From Candidatus Peribacteraceae bacterium (GTDB lineage: Bacteria; Patescibacteriota; Gracilibacteria; Peribacterales; Peribacteraceae), in assembly GCA_028711345.1 (NCBI GenBank), contig JAQTSK010000002.1:228-64227 (forward strand): a DNA stretch of 64,000 nt, read 5' to 3'. The notes under the pieces were generated by a model. The model had not been told where the DNA came from. It saw only the letters and a list, made by a program, of their open reading frames with translations, and ran no database searches. How positions within the stretch are numbered: the first letter of the stretch is position 1; each line of letters starts with the position of its first letter. This document shows, piece by piece, positions 19,296-28,565 of the stretch. A program made the translations under genes and the position numbers.

Positions 19296-20420
19296 CTACA
19301 GAATGCTCACGTCGAGCAACTGCTTCACTGCCCCGACCACCTTCTTCTTTTCGACGCCGAGGAGAGATGCGACCGTAGTTTCCATTTCCTGACGTGCATT
19401 CTTCACTTCCTTTTTTCGTTGCTTGGGATCTTCGCCTGGTTTTTCTTGTCTGCCAAAGACCGCATGGTACTTCTCCACTGCTTGTTGCACTTTGGCGCGG
19501 ACAACTGCTGAGACCTCGGTGGGTGCTGACGTTTGTGGGCGTGGCTGCTCGGCTGCGGGAGCGACGAGCGGTGTTGTCACTGCCTTCACTGTCGTAGGTA
19601 TAGGAGCAGGCGGAGTTTTGACGGAAACCGGAGGAGTGGGGGCTGTTGGCGCTACGGCTTGCGGTTTGGGTGCTACAGATTTGGGGAGTGTCACCGGGGT
19701 CGGCAGTGTTGAGAGCAGGACACCGGGAAGTTGGCCTCTCAGTTTCTGCAAAAACTCATGGGCTCGCGCTTCGCCACCGTTAACAGCTGCAACGAAGAGC
19801 GCGACTTGCTCACTCTTGCGTGTGGCCAAGTAGAAAATGACCTGATCGGAGTACCCCACGCGCCTCAGCATCTCCCACTCGGTTTGCTGCAACGTGAACA
19901 TTTCCGCTGCCAGTGCTTTATCCAGTGCAGCAAAATCAGAGAAGCGCATTTTGGCTATGTCCGCCGCAACCGGAGAAGGGGGCAGCACTATCTCATCCTT
20001 CTTGCTCGCTTGCGCTGCCAATGGTTGCAGTTGCGTCTGCTCACGACCAGCCGTGTCACCTTTGGCTATGATCGGCGGTGGGGTGGGCGCCGCAGGCGTG
20101 GATACGGGAGAAGGAGCGGTCTTCTGAGGTAAAGGCGGCTTAGAGGTCATTGCAGATGGACGCTTCTGCCCCGGGACATGCGCGGGTCCTTGATGCTGAG
20201 CAGGAGTCGACTTGCCACCTTCATGTTGCCCACCCGATTTCTGCTCCGGTTTCCTTGCCACGGGTTGCCCTTTCTGCGCTGCGGCGACTGTGGCAATGGC
20301 GTCTTTCGTGTCAGTGCGCATGGCATCCGCTGGCTTGGGCGTTGACGCCATGGGTGCCACGCGTGTTTCTTCTCGCGGTCTTTCGGTTTCCCTGCGGATA
20401 GCGGTGTGGTGCTCGCACAT
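19296..20420 (-). CDS. hypothetical Pro/Ala-rich protein with a small central globular segment
   Basis: Long P/A/T/K low-complexity arms flank ..[45 protein letters not shown]... First ATG at 20420, 11 nt after the giant ORF stop. Confidence 0.5.
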   Translation of the reverse strand: MCEHHTAIRRETERPREETRVAPMASTPKPADAMRTDTKDAIATVAAAQKGQPVARKPEQKSGGQHEGGKSTPAQHQGPAHVPGQKRPSAMTSKPPLPQKTAPSPVSTPAAPTPPPIIAKGDTAGREQTQLQPLAAQASKKDEIVLPPSPVAADIAKMRFSDFAALDKALAAEMFTLQQTEWEMLRRVGYSDQVIFYLATRKSEQVALFVAAVNGGEARAHEFLQKLRGQLPGVLLSTLPTPVTLPKSVAPKPQAVAPTAPTPPVSVKTPPAPIPTTVKAVTTPLVAPAAEQPRPQTSAPTEVSAVVRAKVQQAVEKYHAVFGRQEKPGEDPKQRKKEVKNARQEMETTVASLLGVEKKKVVGAVKQLLDVSIL

Positions 20421-20431
20421 AGTGAGAAAGG

Positions 20432-23400
20432 TTAGAGAATGAGAGCTTGAGCGTGGTTGCGCCAATCCTCTCGGGTATTGAGGACAGGTTGATTAGATTG
20501 TACCGCTAAACGGAAAGTGTCAATATTATCGCGGACGGCATGGAAGAGTGTGTAGCTGTTGGGATCCCGTGCCCACTGATTAATCGCATCGAAGTACAAA
20601 TTTTGCGTGGGGATGACTGCCAATTCTGCGTGTCCTAGGAAGGTATGAGCGACCTGCGGATTGCCTGCACCGTACACTCCGGTATACGGGTTATAAGTCC
20701 AGGGGGCATCCAGGAGGTGTGAGTGATCTCCTAGGATTTCTTCGTGCCGACGGATGTACTCCTTTCCTGCTTCTGCAAATGGTCCGTTGTGTTCGGCATG
20801 CATGCATGCCGTGTGCACGGCTTGAATGATGCGGGCGTCAGCCGGTTCCAGCACACCCAACACATCAGTCCGCCCGGTACCCCAGCTGAAGGGGAGCGAG
20901 GCGCGTGCGCCCTGCGCGTCGTAACTGATGATTGCCCCGTTTTCTACGCCCGATCCGACCGTCGTCTGGAAATCCTCCGGCACGTAGCGGATCGCTCTAC
21001 TCGCGGCCAACAGGTAACTGGTGGCAAGCACACCGCAATTCCTGAGGCTTAAGCGTCCTGGGCAGCAAACCTGCAATTCCGGTTGCTCGCGGACGCCATG
21101 CCTCTGATTCAAGACTCTGCCTGCATTGAGTACCCACACGCGCAATTCAAACTCTTCTGTAGTAGGAACCGGGGGCAGATTCGCCGATTTCAGCGCATGC
21201 AGCAGGCGGAATCCGGTGCTGTTCCACCCTAATGCCGCGTTGATGACGTTGATTTGCGCGGCACCCATTTCCGAATGAGTGTGAGCCTTCCCTCCGATGG
21301 GAGACATGCCTTTGACGGTTTCTCGACTTTCACGAATGCTCTGGGCAAAGGGAGGAATGTGATCGCTGATCAGTGTGCGCATTTCTTTCCTGGTGAGTGT
21401 GCCTGCGCGCAGTGCTTGCTGTAGATCTCGCCGCACGGGCAGCGTCAGCGCATGGAGCGAATGTTCTGATGGAATAGGGAGGTCGGATGTATCGATCGTA
21501 TCAGCTTTGTCCGCCCCATCCCCATTGAACGGCATTCCAGTGGGTGAGAGATGCGAGGCGAGTGCCACCCTGCCCATTTGACGTCTGAGAAATGTGGAGA
21601 GGAGGAAGACGTAGCAGCGGAAAGAGTCTTCCGTACTCCGCAAGCTTGCCGCTTCCATTTCCGTGGGTGCGGTCTTCACCGAAATACCGAACGATTCCGT
21701 GGGGAACGACTGGACATCGGCGGCGATGGCGGCCAATTCATTGACTTGAAACTCCTCTGCCAGAATGTGATGCACCACCTGACGCGCACCATCATCCGTG
21801 AGCCCGGCCATCTGCCGCAGCAATGCGGAGACTACCTTCATCTGCTTCTGCACCTCCGTACGCACCTCCGGTGCCACTGTCTTCGGTCGGTGCCTGTCTT
21901 CTTCCTCATCTTCGTCCTCTCCCCAGTTGCGGACGAGGAGCTGTCCGATCTGCGCGACCAAGTGAGCAATGGACTCATGCAGAATCGGGTCACCGGTACT
22001 GATATGGCGGTCTGTGCACCAGTCCACGATGGTATGGGCATCGTCCGGACCGACGCATGCGGCCAATTTTCCGGTCAGTTCTTGTGCTTTGGCTGACTCG
22101 ACTTGTCGCTCGACTCGCTCTTCCGTCCATGGCAGCGTACTGATGACGTTGGGCGTGAGTTTCGCATCGGAATTCATCCCCGCACGCACAATCGCAGCGA
22201 TGTCACCGGTGGCAAAATGCTGCTGTGCACCGGATTGCAGGATTGTTGCCACGCGGTCCAATGTCCTGCGCAGCTCATGCAGGCGGTACGATTGCAGACT
22301 CGTTTGGCACTGACCCAAGACCTCCGTCACTTCCTGATGAAACTGCTGTCGGACTTCCTCCACAAAACGGGCACGCGCTTCCGCACTGTCAGCTTCTAGC
22401 TGCTCCTTACGTCTCTCGTTCTGCCGCTTCAGGCGGTAGGAGTTCGGGGGGCTGTACCCCAATGCTTTCTCATTCATTGCAAGATGGTCGATTTCAAATT
22501 GGCATGCAGCGATCTGGTCCTGCCTCTCGCGCTCCGCAACCTCAGGGAGGCGGGTGGCGTCACTGCGCGGGTCATCTTGGAACTTCGCTTGGACGGCCTC
22601 CGTCACCTCAAGATGGATCGGCGCAAAGACCCATGCCAGGATTGTCTTCACATCCTCCTCAGCAAGGAGGTCAAGTCCGTGGAGGTCTAAGAGCCGCGAT
22701 AGGGTGCGGTAGGGTTGCTCTTCCGCAAGGCGCAGTTCTTCACGGTCCGAGAATCGTGGCCCCGTCCCATTGGGGATCACCTGTGTTTCATCGATGTCGT
22801 CTCTGAAGCGCGTCTCCAGTTCGCGCAGCGTATGTTCATCGTCATAGACGGGTTCTCCCTGGTGCGGATACTGGCGCTCCAACCGGTCCAGTACGTCGAT
22901 GAGCCACGCGGGCGGTTGCAGGGGATGTTCTACCCGCGTCGCGCAATATCGGGCGTAGATCGCAGCGAGCAGGGGACCCCGGTAGGATCCCAAGCGGGAG
23001 AATGCAGCATGGAATTGTTGCAGATCCGTGAGAGATGAGGGCGAGCGCTCTGGGGGGGGGCCGGAGGGAGGCGGGTAGTCGCGGAGGGACAATGCGTGCT
23101 CCGAGGCAATCCCCGGCTTGCCGTGAACTGGCAGGCGTAGACGCTCCGGGAGCGGTCGATCGATACTGGTGAGGAGTTTCACTACTTCCTGTGGCGTTGC
23201 GTGGAGGGGGTCCGCGCGCTCCTGGACTCGATGTCTGCGGTCTCCATATGGATCATCATCCTCCTGTGTAACTCTTCCTTTGGATTGATCGAATGCATCT
23301 GCAAGTGCCGTGAGGCAGGGCTTCTGGAAGCTGGTCTGGGGCGTGGTGGTCTCCAAGATGCCCATCATCGGAGATACGGGCTTCTGTTTTTCTAGGAAAA

Positions 23401-25588
23401 TGAGGAATTCCTCCAGAGCAGCCGAACGCCGCTTCGTCGTTGTCTGCTCTATGAGTGCCAGAACATGGCGGAGGACATTGGTCGCTCGCAAGGGATTACC
23501 GATGCCATACCACTCCGTCACGCGCACGGTGCAATCGATCGCGCGTTCCTGTCCGATCCCCTCCATTGCTCCCAGCTGATATCCAGCGCGCTTGTAGGTT
23601 TCCAGTGCGTACTCGTACAGCGGTCCAGCGCGTCTGGCCATGGCCAGCGAGAGTGCGCACCCTTCTTGATTCGGCTCCACAGCGATACCGTGGCGGTAGC
23701 GAAACAAAGCGCGTCCCATTTCTTGCTCCTGCGGCCAGGTGGTGGGGATATGTTTGTGGTTCACGTATTCCTGTCTGGTGAATTCATCCTCTTCCCTCTC
23801 TTCGTCGTAATCATAAGTATTGTAAAAACCAGCACGCCTGGCCCGATACTCCATTTTTCTGATCTCCCGCAATTCACCACGAAGGGAACTGATTGCATGT
23901 TGCAAGGCATGTGCTTTCCAATCCTCAACACGACTCTGTATTTCAACTAATTCTCTTTCATCCACTAATCCCAATCCATCCACATCGACAATGCGTTGCG
24001 TGAGCTCCTTCGTGCATTGATGTCTTTCGGGATTGCAGTAGCGATCCATGACCATGGTACAACGTTGCGGGTTGACTCCTTGTTCCGATAAGCACGGAAG
24101 GTCGCGGAGAAAGGCGATTACAAAGTCCTTGCGAATATCCTCGATCGAGATCCAGGCGCCATGTTCACGCAGGAACGTGATGGCCTGCGGGTTGATTTCT
24201 CCTAGGGCTTCCTGTGCAGTTGTGAGGAGCTCCCACGTGTGCGCATCGGTTCCCTCGGGAGGGGTATTGGTTTCAGCCGGATCGAACGTCTGCTCGGCCA
24301 GACCAGCCTTCTCATTAAACCACCAAGGCAATTTTCCATTGCCGTAGATCGCCTGCACCAGATCAATGCCGTAGAGCACAGCGGCAGAGAGATCACCCGC
24401 AGCGGCGACTTTGCGAATGAGTGTAGTGAGCGATGCCATCCGCAATCCCTGTCTTAGGAACGCAGGCAGAGAGTGTAGAAAATCAATGATCCGTTCCTGT
24501 TCCAGATCTGTGCGAGTCAGCGTGTGATCAATGACGAATCCCACAGCTTCCGGCGTTAAATCGCGCATTTGTTCCTGTAACTGGCGGATGACTGCGCATT
24601 GTTCCGGTGGAAGGTGCCTCATGCGAAAGGGTGACTTTTCTTCTTGCGCGTTGCATACCAAGGGTGCGGTATGCTCCAAGCATTGCGCGATAAAGTCCGG
24701 CGGGAAGAACATGTGTCGGCGCATGGCAAAAGCCCCGCCCGCCATGGTCTCCGTACACTCCTTGGCCCACTGAAGCGGTGGTAAGCGGTGTGGCTGCGTT
24801 TTGCGGTAATGAACCGGCGCACCGAACTGAGCGTAGAACGAAGGCCAACCCATCCACGTTGCCTGCGCGCGCGCCTGTCCACCCTGCTTGAGGCGCAATT
24901 GTTCTAAACTGTAGAGCACAGCGATTTCCTGCTGTAGGATGGGGCCATTTCTGTACCGGCCGTACTGCAATTCAATTGTGTTATCCCCGCGCCATGTTAT
25001 GTACCCAGGTGACAAGGGAGCGCGTCGATCGATTACGCGTCGTTGCGTTGCGATCAGTTCTTCGGAGTTATCGTGGGCAAGGTAACGGACACTGTCGTAC
25101 TGGTTGACGTACGCGCGTCCGAAGTTGAATCCGGTATTGGGATTGCCGTGCTGCGATTTGCGGATGTTGTGGTCCGGCGGCAGTCTGAGGAGGAGCTTAC
25201 TGGTGCTCCCTGGTACATCCTCCGCCAAGCGGTACGTGAACCGGTCCGGGAGATCCGGTTGGGGGTAGGCGCTGCGTTCTCCGCTCCTGCCGTTCATCAT
25301 TTCCAAAAGCTCCCACTCTTCCTGTTCCTCGGGTGTCCGTTGCTGTCGCTCTTCCCCGCATTCTTCGCGCTCTCTATCATGCTCAGCCCAGTAGAGGTCC
25401 GTATTTCTGCGCCGTTGCTGCTCCTCGGGATCGTCATCTTCATCGCGGTAGCGGCTGCTCCTGAGCCCTGGCAGACCAGTGAGATGCATAGATATTAAAA
25501 TTGAAAGAGTGGAGCATTTTAACAAAAGTGACAAATAATGCAAATCATTATCTGATGTATCTTCAGCGGGGAGGGTATGGAACCTCAT
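20432..25588 (-). CDS. orphan giant protein (1718 aa)
   Basis: An uninterrupted 5.2-kb ORF cannot arise by chance. No P-loop, HExxH or other motif I recognise. Acidic, helical-looking N-terminal two thirds and a denser C-terminal 350 aa. The start is uncertain (25588 or 25489). Confidence 0.7.
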   Translation of the reverse strand: MRFHTLPAEDTSDNDLHYLSLLLKCSTLSILISMHLTGLPGLRSSRYRDEDDDPEEQQRRRNTDLYWAEHDREREECGEERQQRTPEEQEEWELLEMMNGRSGERSAYPQPDLPDRFTYRLAEDVPGSTSKLLLRLPPDHNIRKSQHGNPNTGFNFGRAYVNQYDSVRYLAHDNSEELIATQRRVIDRRAPLSPGYITWRGDNTIELQYGRYRNGPILQQEIAVLYSLEQLRLKQGGQARAQATWMGWPSFYAQFGAPVHYRKTQPHRLPPLQWAKECTETMAGGAFAMRRHMFFPPDFIAQCLEHTAPLVCNAQEEKSPFRMRHLPPEQCAVIRQLQEQMRDLTPEAVGFVIDHTLTRTDLEQERIIDFLHSLPAFLRQGLRMASLTTLIRKVAAAGDLSAAVLYGIDLVQAIYGNGKLPWWFNEKAGLAEQTFDPAETNTPPEGTDAHTWELLTTAQEALGEINPQAITFLREHGAWISIEDIRKDFVIAFLRDLPCLSEQGVNPQRCTMVMDRYCNPERHQCTKELTQRIVDVDGLGLVDERELVEIQSRVEDWKAHALQHAISSLRGELREIRKMEYRARRAGFYNTYDYDEEREEDEFTRQEYVNHKHIPTTWPQEQEMGRALFRYRHGIAVEPNQEGCALSLAMARRAGPLYEYALETYKRAGYQLGAMEGIGQERAIDCTVRVTEWYGIGNPLRATNVLRHVLALIEQTTTKRRSAALEEFLIFLEKQKPVSPMMGILETTTPQTSFQKPCLTALADAFDQSKGRVTQEDDDPYGDRRHRVQERADPLHATPQEVVKLLTSIDRPLPERLRLPVHGKPGIASEHALSLRDYPPPSGPPPERSPSSLTDLQQFHAAFSRLGSYRGPLLAAIYARYCATRVEHPLQPPAWLIDVLDRLERQYPHQGEPVYDDEHTLRELETRFRDDIDETQVIPNGTGPRFSDREELRLAEEQPYRTLSRLLDLHGLDLLAEEDVKTILAWVFAPIHLEVTEAVQAKFQDDPRSDATRLPEVAERERQDQIAACQFEIDHLAMNEKALGYSPPNSYRLKRQNERRKEQLEADSAEARARFVEEVRQQFHQEVTEVLGQCQTSLQSYRLHELRRTLDRVATILQSGAQQHFATGDIAAIVRAGMNSDAKLTPNVISTLPWTEERVERQVESAKAQELTGKLAACVGPDDAHTIVDWCTDRHISTGDPILHESIAHLVAQIGQLLVRNWGEDEDEEEDRHRPKTVAPEVRTEVQKQMKVVSALLRQMAGLTDDGARQVVHHILAEEFQVNELAAIAADVQSFPTESFGISVKTAPTEMEAASLRSTEDSFRCYVFLLSTFLRRQMGRVALASHLSPTGMPFNGDGADKADTIDTSDLPIPSEHSLHALTLPVRRDLQQALRAGTLTRKEMRTLISDHIPPFAQSIRESRETVKGMSPIGGKAHTHSEMGAAQINVINAALGWNSTGFRLLHALKSANLPPVPTTEEFELRVWVLNAGRVLNQRHGVREQPELQVCCPGRLSLRNCGVLATSYLLAASRAIRYVPEDFQTTVGSGVENGAIISYDAQGARASLPFSWGTGRTDVLGVLEPADARIIQAVHTACMHAEHNGPFAEAGKEYIRRHEEILGDHSHLLDAPWTYNPYTGVYGAGNPQVAHTFLGHAELAVIPTQNLYFDAINQWARDPNSYTLFHAVRDNIDTFRLAVQSNQPVLNTREDWRNHAQALIL

Positions 25589-26021
25589 TCATAGCACGAT
25601 CTTTTGATTCTTGAGCATCAGCCTGTTGTTGAGGTATCCGATTAGTTTGCGCATCTTTGTCGTTGTTCGGTTAGGGGCAAGTTTACAGGCCGCGCGATTT
25701 TCCTATTCCATAAACCGCATTAGCACCCCCTACACCAACACTGTCCCGCTTCGACTACGTTGACACTTGAAACGGATAAATTCAGCACTAGGGGCTGCTA
25801 ATTAGCGTGTAGGGGTAGGTATGTAGACGGGACAGAAACAATGAGGCGATTCCACCCAGTTTTTGAGTTTTGATGGAATGTTGCGGGTGACGAGCATCGC
25901 GGGACTCGGATGTAGGAGATATATTTCTCCGATCACAATACAAACCAGCTTCCTTTCATTTGTCAGCATGAAATACCAGCCATGAACAGAAAACTCCAAA
26001 ACTCCAAAAGTTTCCAATATA

Positions 26022-27860
26022 ATGGCTTACATGAGAACAACTCGAACAGACGCAAGGAAGCCGCGGCGCGTTGCTCAGTACATTCGCGTTTCGACTTTGG
26101 AGCAGGCGAAAGAGGGGAACAGCCTTCAGGGACAGCAGGACAGCTTGGCGAAGTACATCGAATCCAATGCAGACAGCGAGAACAATTGGGTCACCAGCAA
26201 GACGCTCGTTTACGTTGATGATGGATACTCCGGTGCGGACGATGAGCGACCCGAGTTCAAGCGCATGATGCGTGACGCCAAAGAACGGAAGTTCGACGTG
26301 CTACTTGTTTGGAAGATTGATCGGCTGTTCCGCAACACGCTCCTGCTTCTGGAGACGATCAAGGAGCTGAAGAAATATGGCGTGGAGTTCGCCTCGAAGA
26401 ACGAGCTGATCGACACGTCCAAGTCCACAGGCAGATTCCTCCTGACGATTCTTGGCGCCATTGCCGAGATGGAGCGCGAGACCATCCGCGAGCGCACAAT
26501 CATGGGCAAGATTACGAGCGCAAAGAACGGAAATTACGTCGGAGGAAAGTACCCGCCCTTCGGTTATGACGTGGATAAGCACGGCAAGATGGTCATCAAC
26601 AAAGACGAGGCAAAAATCGTACTTGAAATATTCACGATGCTCGTAGAAGAGAAGAAGACCCAAACACAGATTGCCAAGATACTCACTGCCCGCAGAGTTC
26701 CCACGAAGTCAGACCGCGTGGGAGTGGAGCGTCGGACGAATCAGGTGGGTTTTTGGGGTCAGGCTGCGATCGCTGCGATTTTACTGAAGGACGAATATGC
26801 AGGAACGTACTACTACGGCAAGCGTGAGACCTACCTGAACGAGAACGAAGACAAGCGCCAGCGGGAACGCCCCCGTGAGGAATGGATTCCTCTGCCGTGC
26901 CCCGAGATCATCCCGAAACCCATGTTCGACAAGGCGCGACTGATTGCGCGTGAGAACGAGCAATATTCCATTCGTGCCTCGGATCATGTCTACCTGCTCC
27001 GCAGCAAAGTCTACTGCGGCGAATGCGGCGGCAGATACCAAGGCTATCCCAAGAAGAAAAAGGGCATCGTGTACTTCAATTACCATTGCAGCCGGAAGAA
27101 TCCGGGCAAGAGTGAGAAGCCGTGCTTGAACAAAGAGATGTCCGAAAAGAAGCTGGATGTCATCGTATGGAAGACAATCGATGAGCTGCTCAGTGATCCC
27201 AAAGCAACGCTCAAGGCGTTCGATACCAAGATGCGAGAAGAGTCGAAGGCTGCCGAGTACCAGTCTCAGATTAAAGATTATCAAGATGAGCTGGATGAGA
27301 AGGACAAGGAGCTGGGACGCTTGGTGGCTGCCATGAAGCGAGGGAAGATGTCCGATGCGATCTACGACAATGAGGTGGACACGACCAATACCGAGATGGC
27401 GACCATCCGTACCGAAATTGCCCGACTCGGGAATCTCCTTTCCACAGAGCTGGAGCGAGAAGAGCTGAAGAAGTCACTGGCGAGACTTGCGACCGAATAT
27501 CGCAAGAAATACGGCAAAATTGACCGGAAGACACAGGAAGTGATCATCCGAAAGCTTGTAAACAAAGTGGTTATCCACGCTTCGGGCAAAATCACTGTGG
27601 ATTACGCAATCCCGACAATTCAAAATCGGGTATTTAAATGTGGTGGAGATGCCGGGAGTCGAACCCGGGTCCAACGTGTACGCCGACGGTCAGTACGATC
27701 ATGGTCTTCTCAGTTCTCTCATCCCCTGAGAGAAGAACAGAGAAAGGGTGAGAGTGATGACGCTGTATTCAGGAGTCCGTCACGTCAGTCGGAATCCAAC
27801 CCCGCTAGTGACGTTTCACCCGTCCAGCGAGGATCAACGGGGAAACGTGGTCCGAAGTGA
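26022..27860 (+). CDS. large serine recombinase (integrase); last 68 codons are antisense ssrA
   Basis: Resolvase catalytic domain VAQYIRVSTLEQ..DDGYSG..RPEF, recombinase domain, zinc ribbon CGECGG..YHCSRK, coiled-coil. The ORF reads through the att core into the tmRNA gene. Confidence 0.85.
   Translation: MAYMRTTRTDARKPRRVAQYIRVSTLEQAKEGNSLQGQQDSLAKYIESNADSENNWVTSKTLVYVDDGYSGADDERPEFKRMMRDAKERKFDVLLVWKIDRLFRNTLLLLETIKELKKYGVEFASKNELIDTSKSTGRFLLTILGAIAEMERETIRERTIMGKITSAKNGNYVGGKYPPFGYDVDKHGKMVINKDEAKIVLEIFTMLVEEKKTQTQIAKILTARRVPTKSDRVGVERRTNQVGFWGQAAIAAILLKDEYAGTYYYGKRETYLNENEDKRQRERPREEWIPLPCPEIIPKPMFDKARLIARENEQYSIRASDHVYLLRSKVYCGECGGRYQGYPKKKKGIVYFNYHCSRKNPGKSEKPCLNKEMSEKKLDVIVWKTIDELLSDPKATLKAFDTKMREESKAAEYQSQIKDYQDELDEKDKELGRLVAAMKRGKMSDAIYDNEVDTTNTEMATIRTEIARLGNLLSTELEREELKKSLARLATEYRKKYGKIDRKTQEVIIRKLVNKVVIHASGKITVDYAIPTIQNRVFKCGGDAGSRTRVQRVRRRSVRSWSSQFSHPLREEQRKGESDDAVFRSPSRQSESNPASDVSPVQRGSTGKRGPK
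27639..27654. repeat. attR core within the ssrA 3' end
   Basis: TGTGGTGGAGATGCCG. Its reverse complement is the CGGCATCTCCACCA acceptor/CCA end of the tmRNA plus 2 nt. Confidence 0.7.
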
Positions 27861-28040
27861 ATCAGACCTTAGGCAGTGACGAGAGAGGGCAAGCGAACAG
27901 AGTTCACGAGGTCCTCCACGTATGCCATGAAATTGCTTTTGGCAATTATGGTTTGCTCCAAGTGGGTAACGGGAACCAGAGCAATCCCGGATCGAGACGC
28001 AGTCGACGCATTGTCACGCTGTCGAAAGCCTGTCATCCCC
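27641..28040 (-). ncRNA. ssrA: tmRNA (transfer-messenger RNA)
   Basis: 5' GGGGATGACAGGCTTTCGACAGCG.. and 3' ..GGACCCGGGTTCGACTCCCGGCATCTCCACCA. The acceptor stem GGGGATG/CATCTCC carries the G3:U alanine identity pair. Internal tag frame ends ..LVTA-TAA at 27869-27871. Confidence 0.9.
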
Positions 28041-28214
28041 ATGGTGTGAGAGAGCGGAGAGTGAACAGTATAGCACAAAAATTGTGTGAGGATGCCGAGG
28101 AATCCGAAGAAACCGAGGATTCCGACGAACACATCATCGAAATATGGTTCAATTTTATGCCAACTCCCGTATCACTTTCCCCACTGGCTTGCAGAAGCCA
28201 AAAAGTCGCCGCAA

Positions 28215-28565
28215 CTACAAGTCATTAAGTATGTACATACAACTTCCGAAGACCAGAATCGGAATGATCGCAGTCGAGAGAATGCCGATGGAAATGTACC
28301 GCCTTCCCGTTTTGTTGAAGAAACGAACGAGGAGATACACAATGAGAATGGCGATTCCCGTTCCGATGATGACTGCCATGATTACTTCGGATTGCTGACT
28401 CAGCAGGCCGAGACCGAGGGGAAAATTGAGAAGGAAGCCTCCGACAATTGTCAGGAGAGCGCCAAGGATGAAGTCGACGGTTTTTCGTACGCCGGTATTA
28501 GTCGCATAGTAGTCGGGACGGGACGTTCCCGGCTTAGGATTGTTCACGACGGGCGTTTGATCCAT
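28215..28565 (-). CDS. hypothetical small membrane protein
   Basis: Only the last 116 codons of track ORF 28215-28988 look coding (MDQTPVVNNPKPG.., three TM segments). Overlaps the lgt 3' end by 22 nt. Confidence 0.45.
   Translation of the reverse strand: MDQTPVVNNPKPGTSRPDYYATNTGVRKTVDFILGALLTIVGGFLLNFPLGLGLLSQQSEVIMAVIIGTGIAILIVYLLVRFFNKTGRRYISIGILSTAIIPILVFGSCMYILNDL

Larger units (their letters stand above)
9902..27654. mobile_element. integrative genomic island in the 3' end of ssrA
   Basis: Exact 16-nt direct repeat at both ends. Integrase abuts ssrA. Carries replication and recombination genes plus orphan cargo. Composition is mosaic by eye. Confidence 0.7.

Noticed and set aside
27655-27860. 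Treating the last 68 residues of the serine recombinase ORF as a genuine conserved protein domain.
   Set aside because: This stretch is the exact antisense of ssrA, so its sequence is dictated by the RNA gene. It is kept as part of the ORF but flagged as a context-dependent tail.
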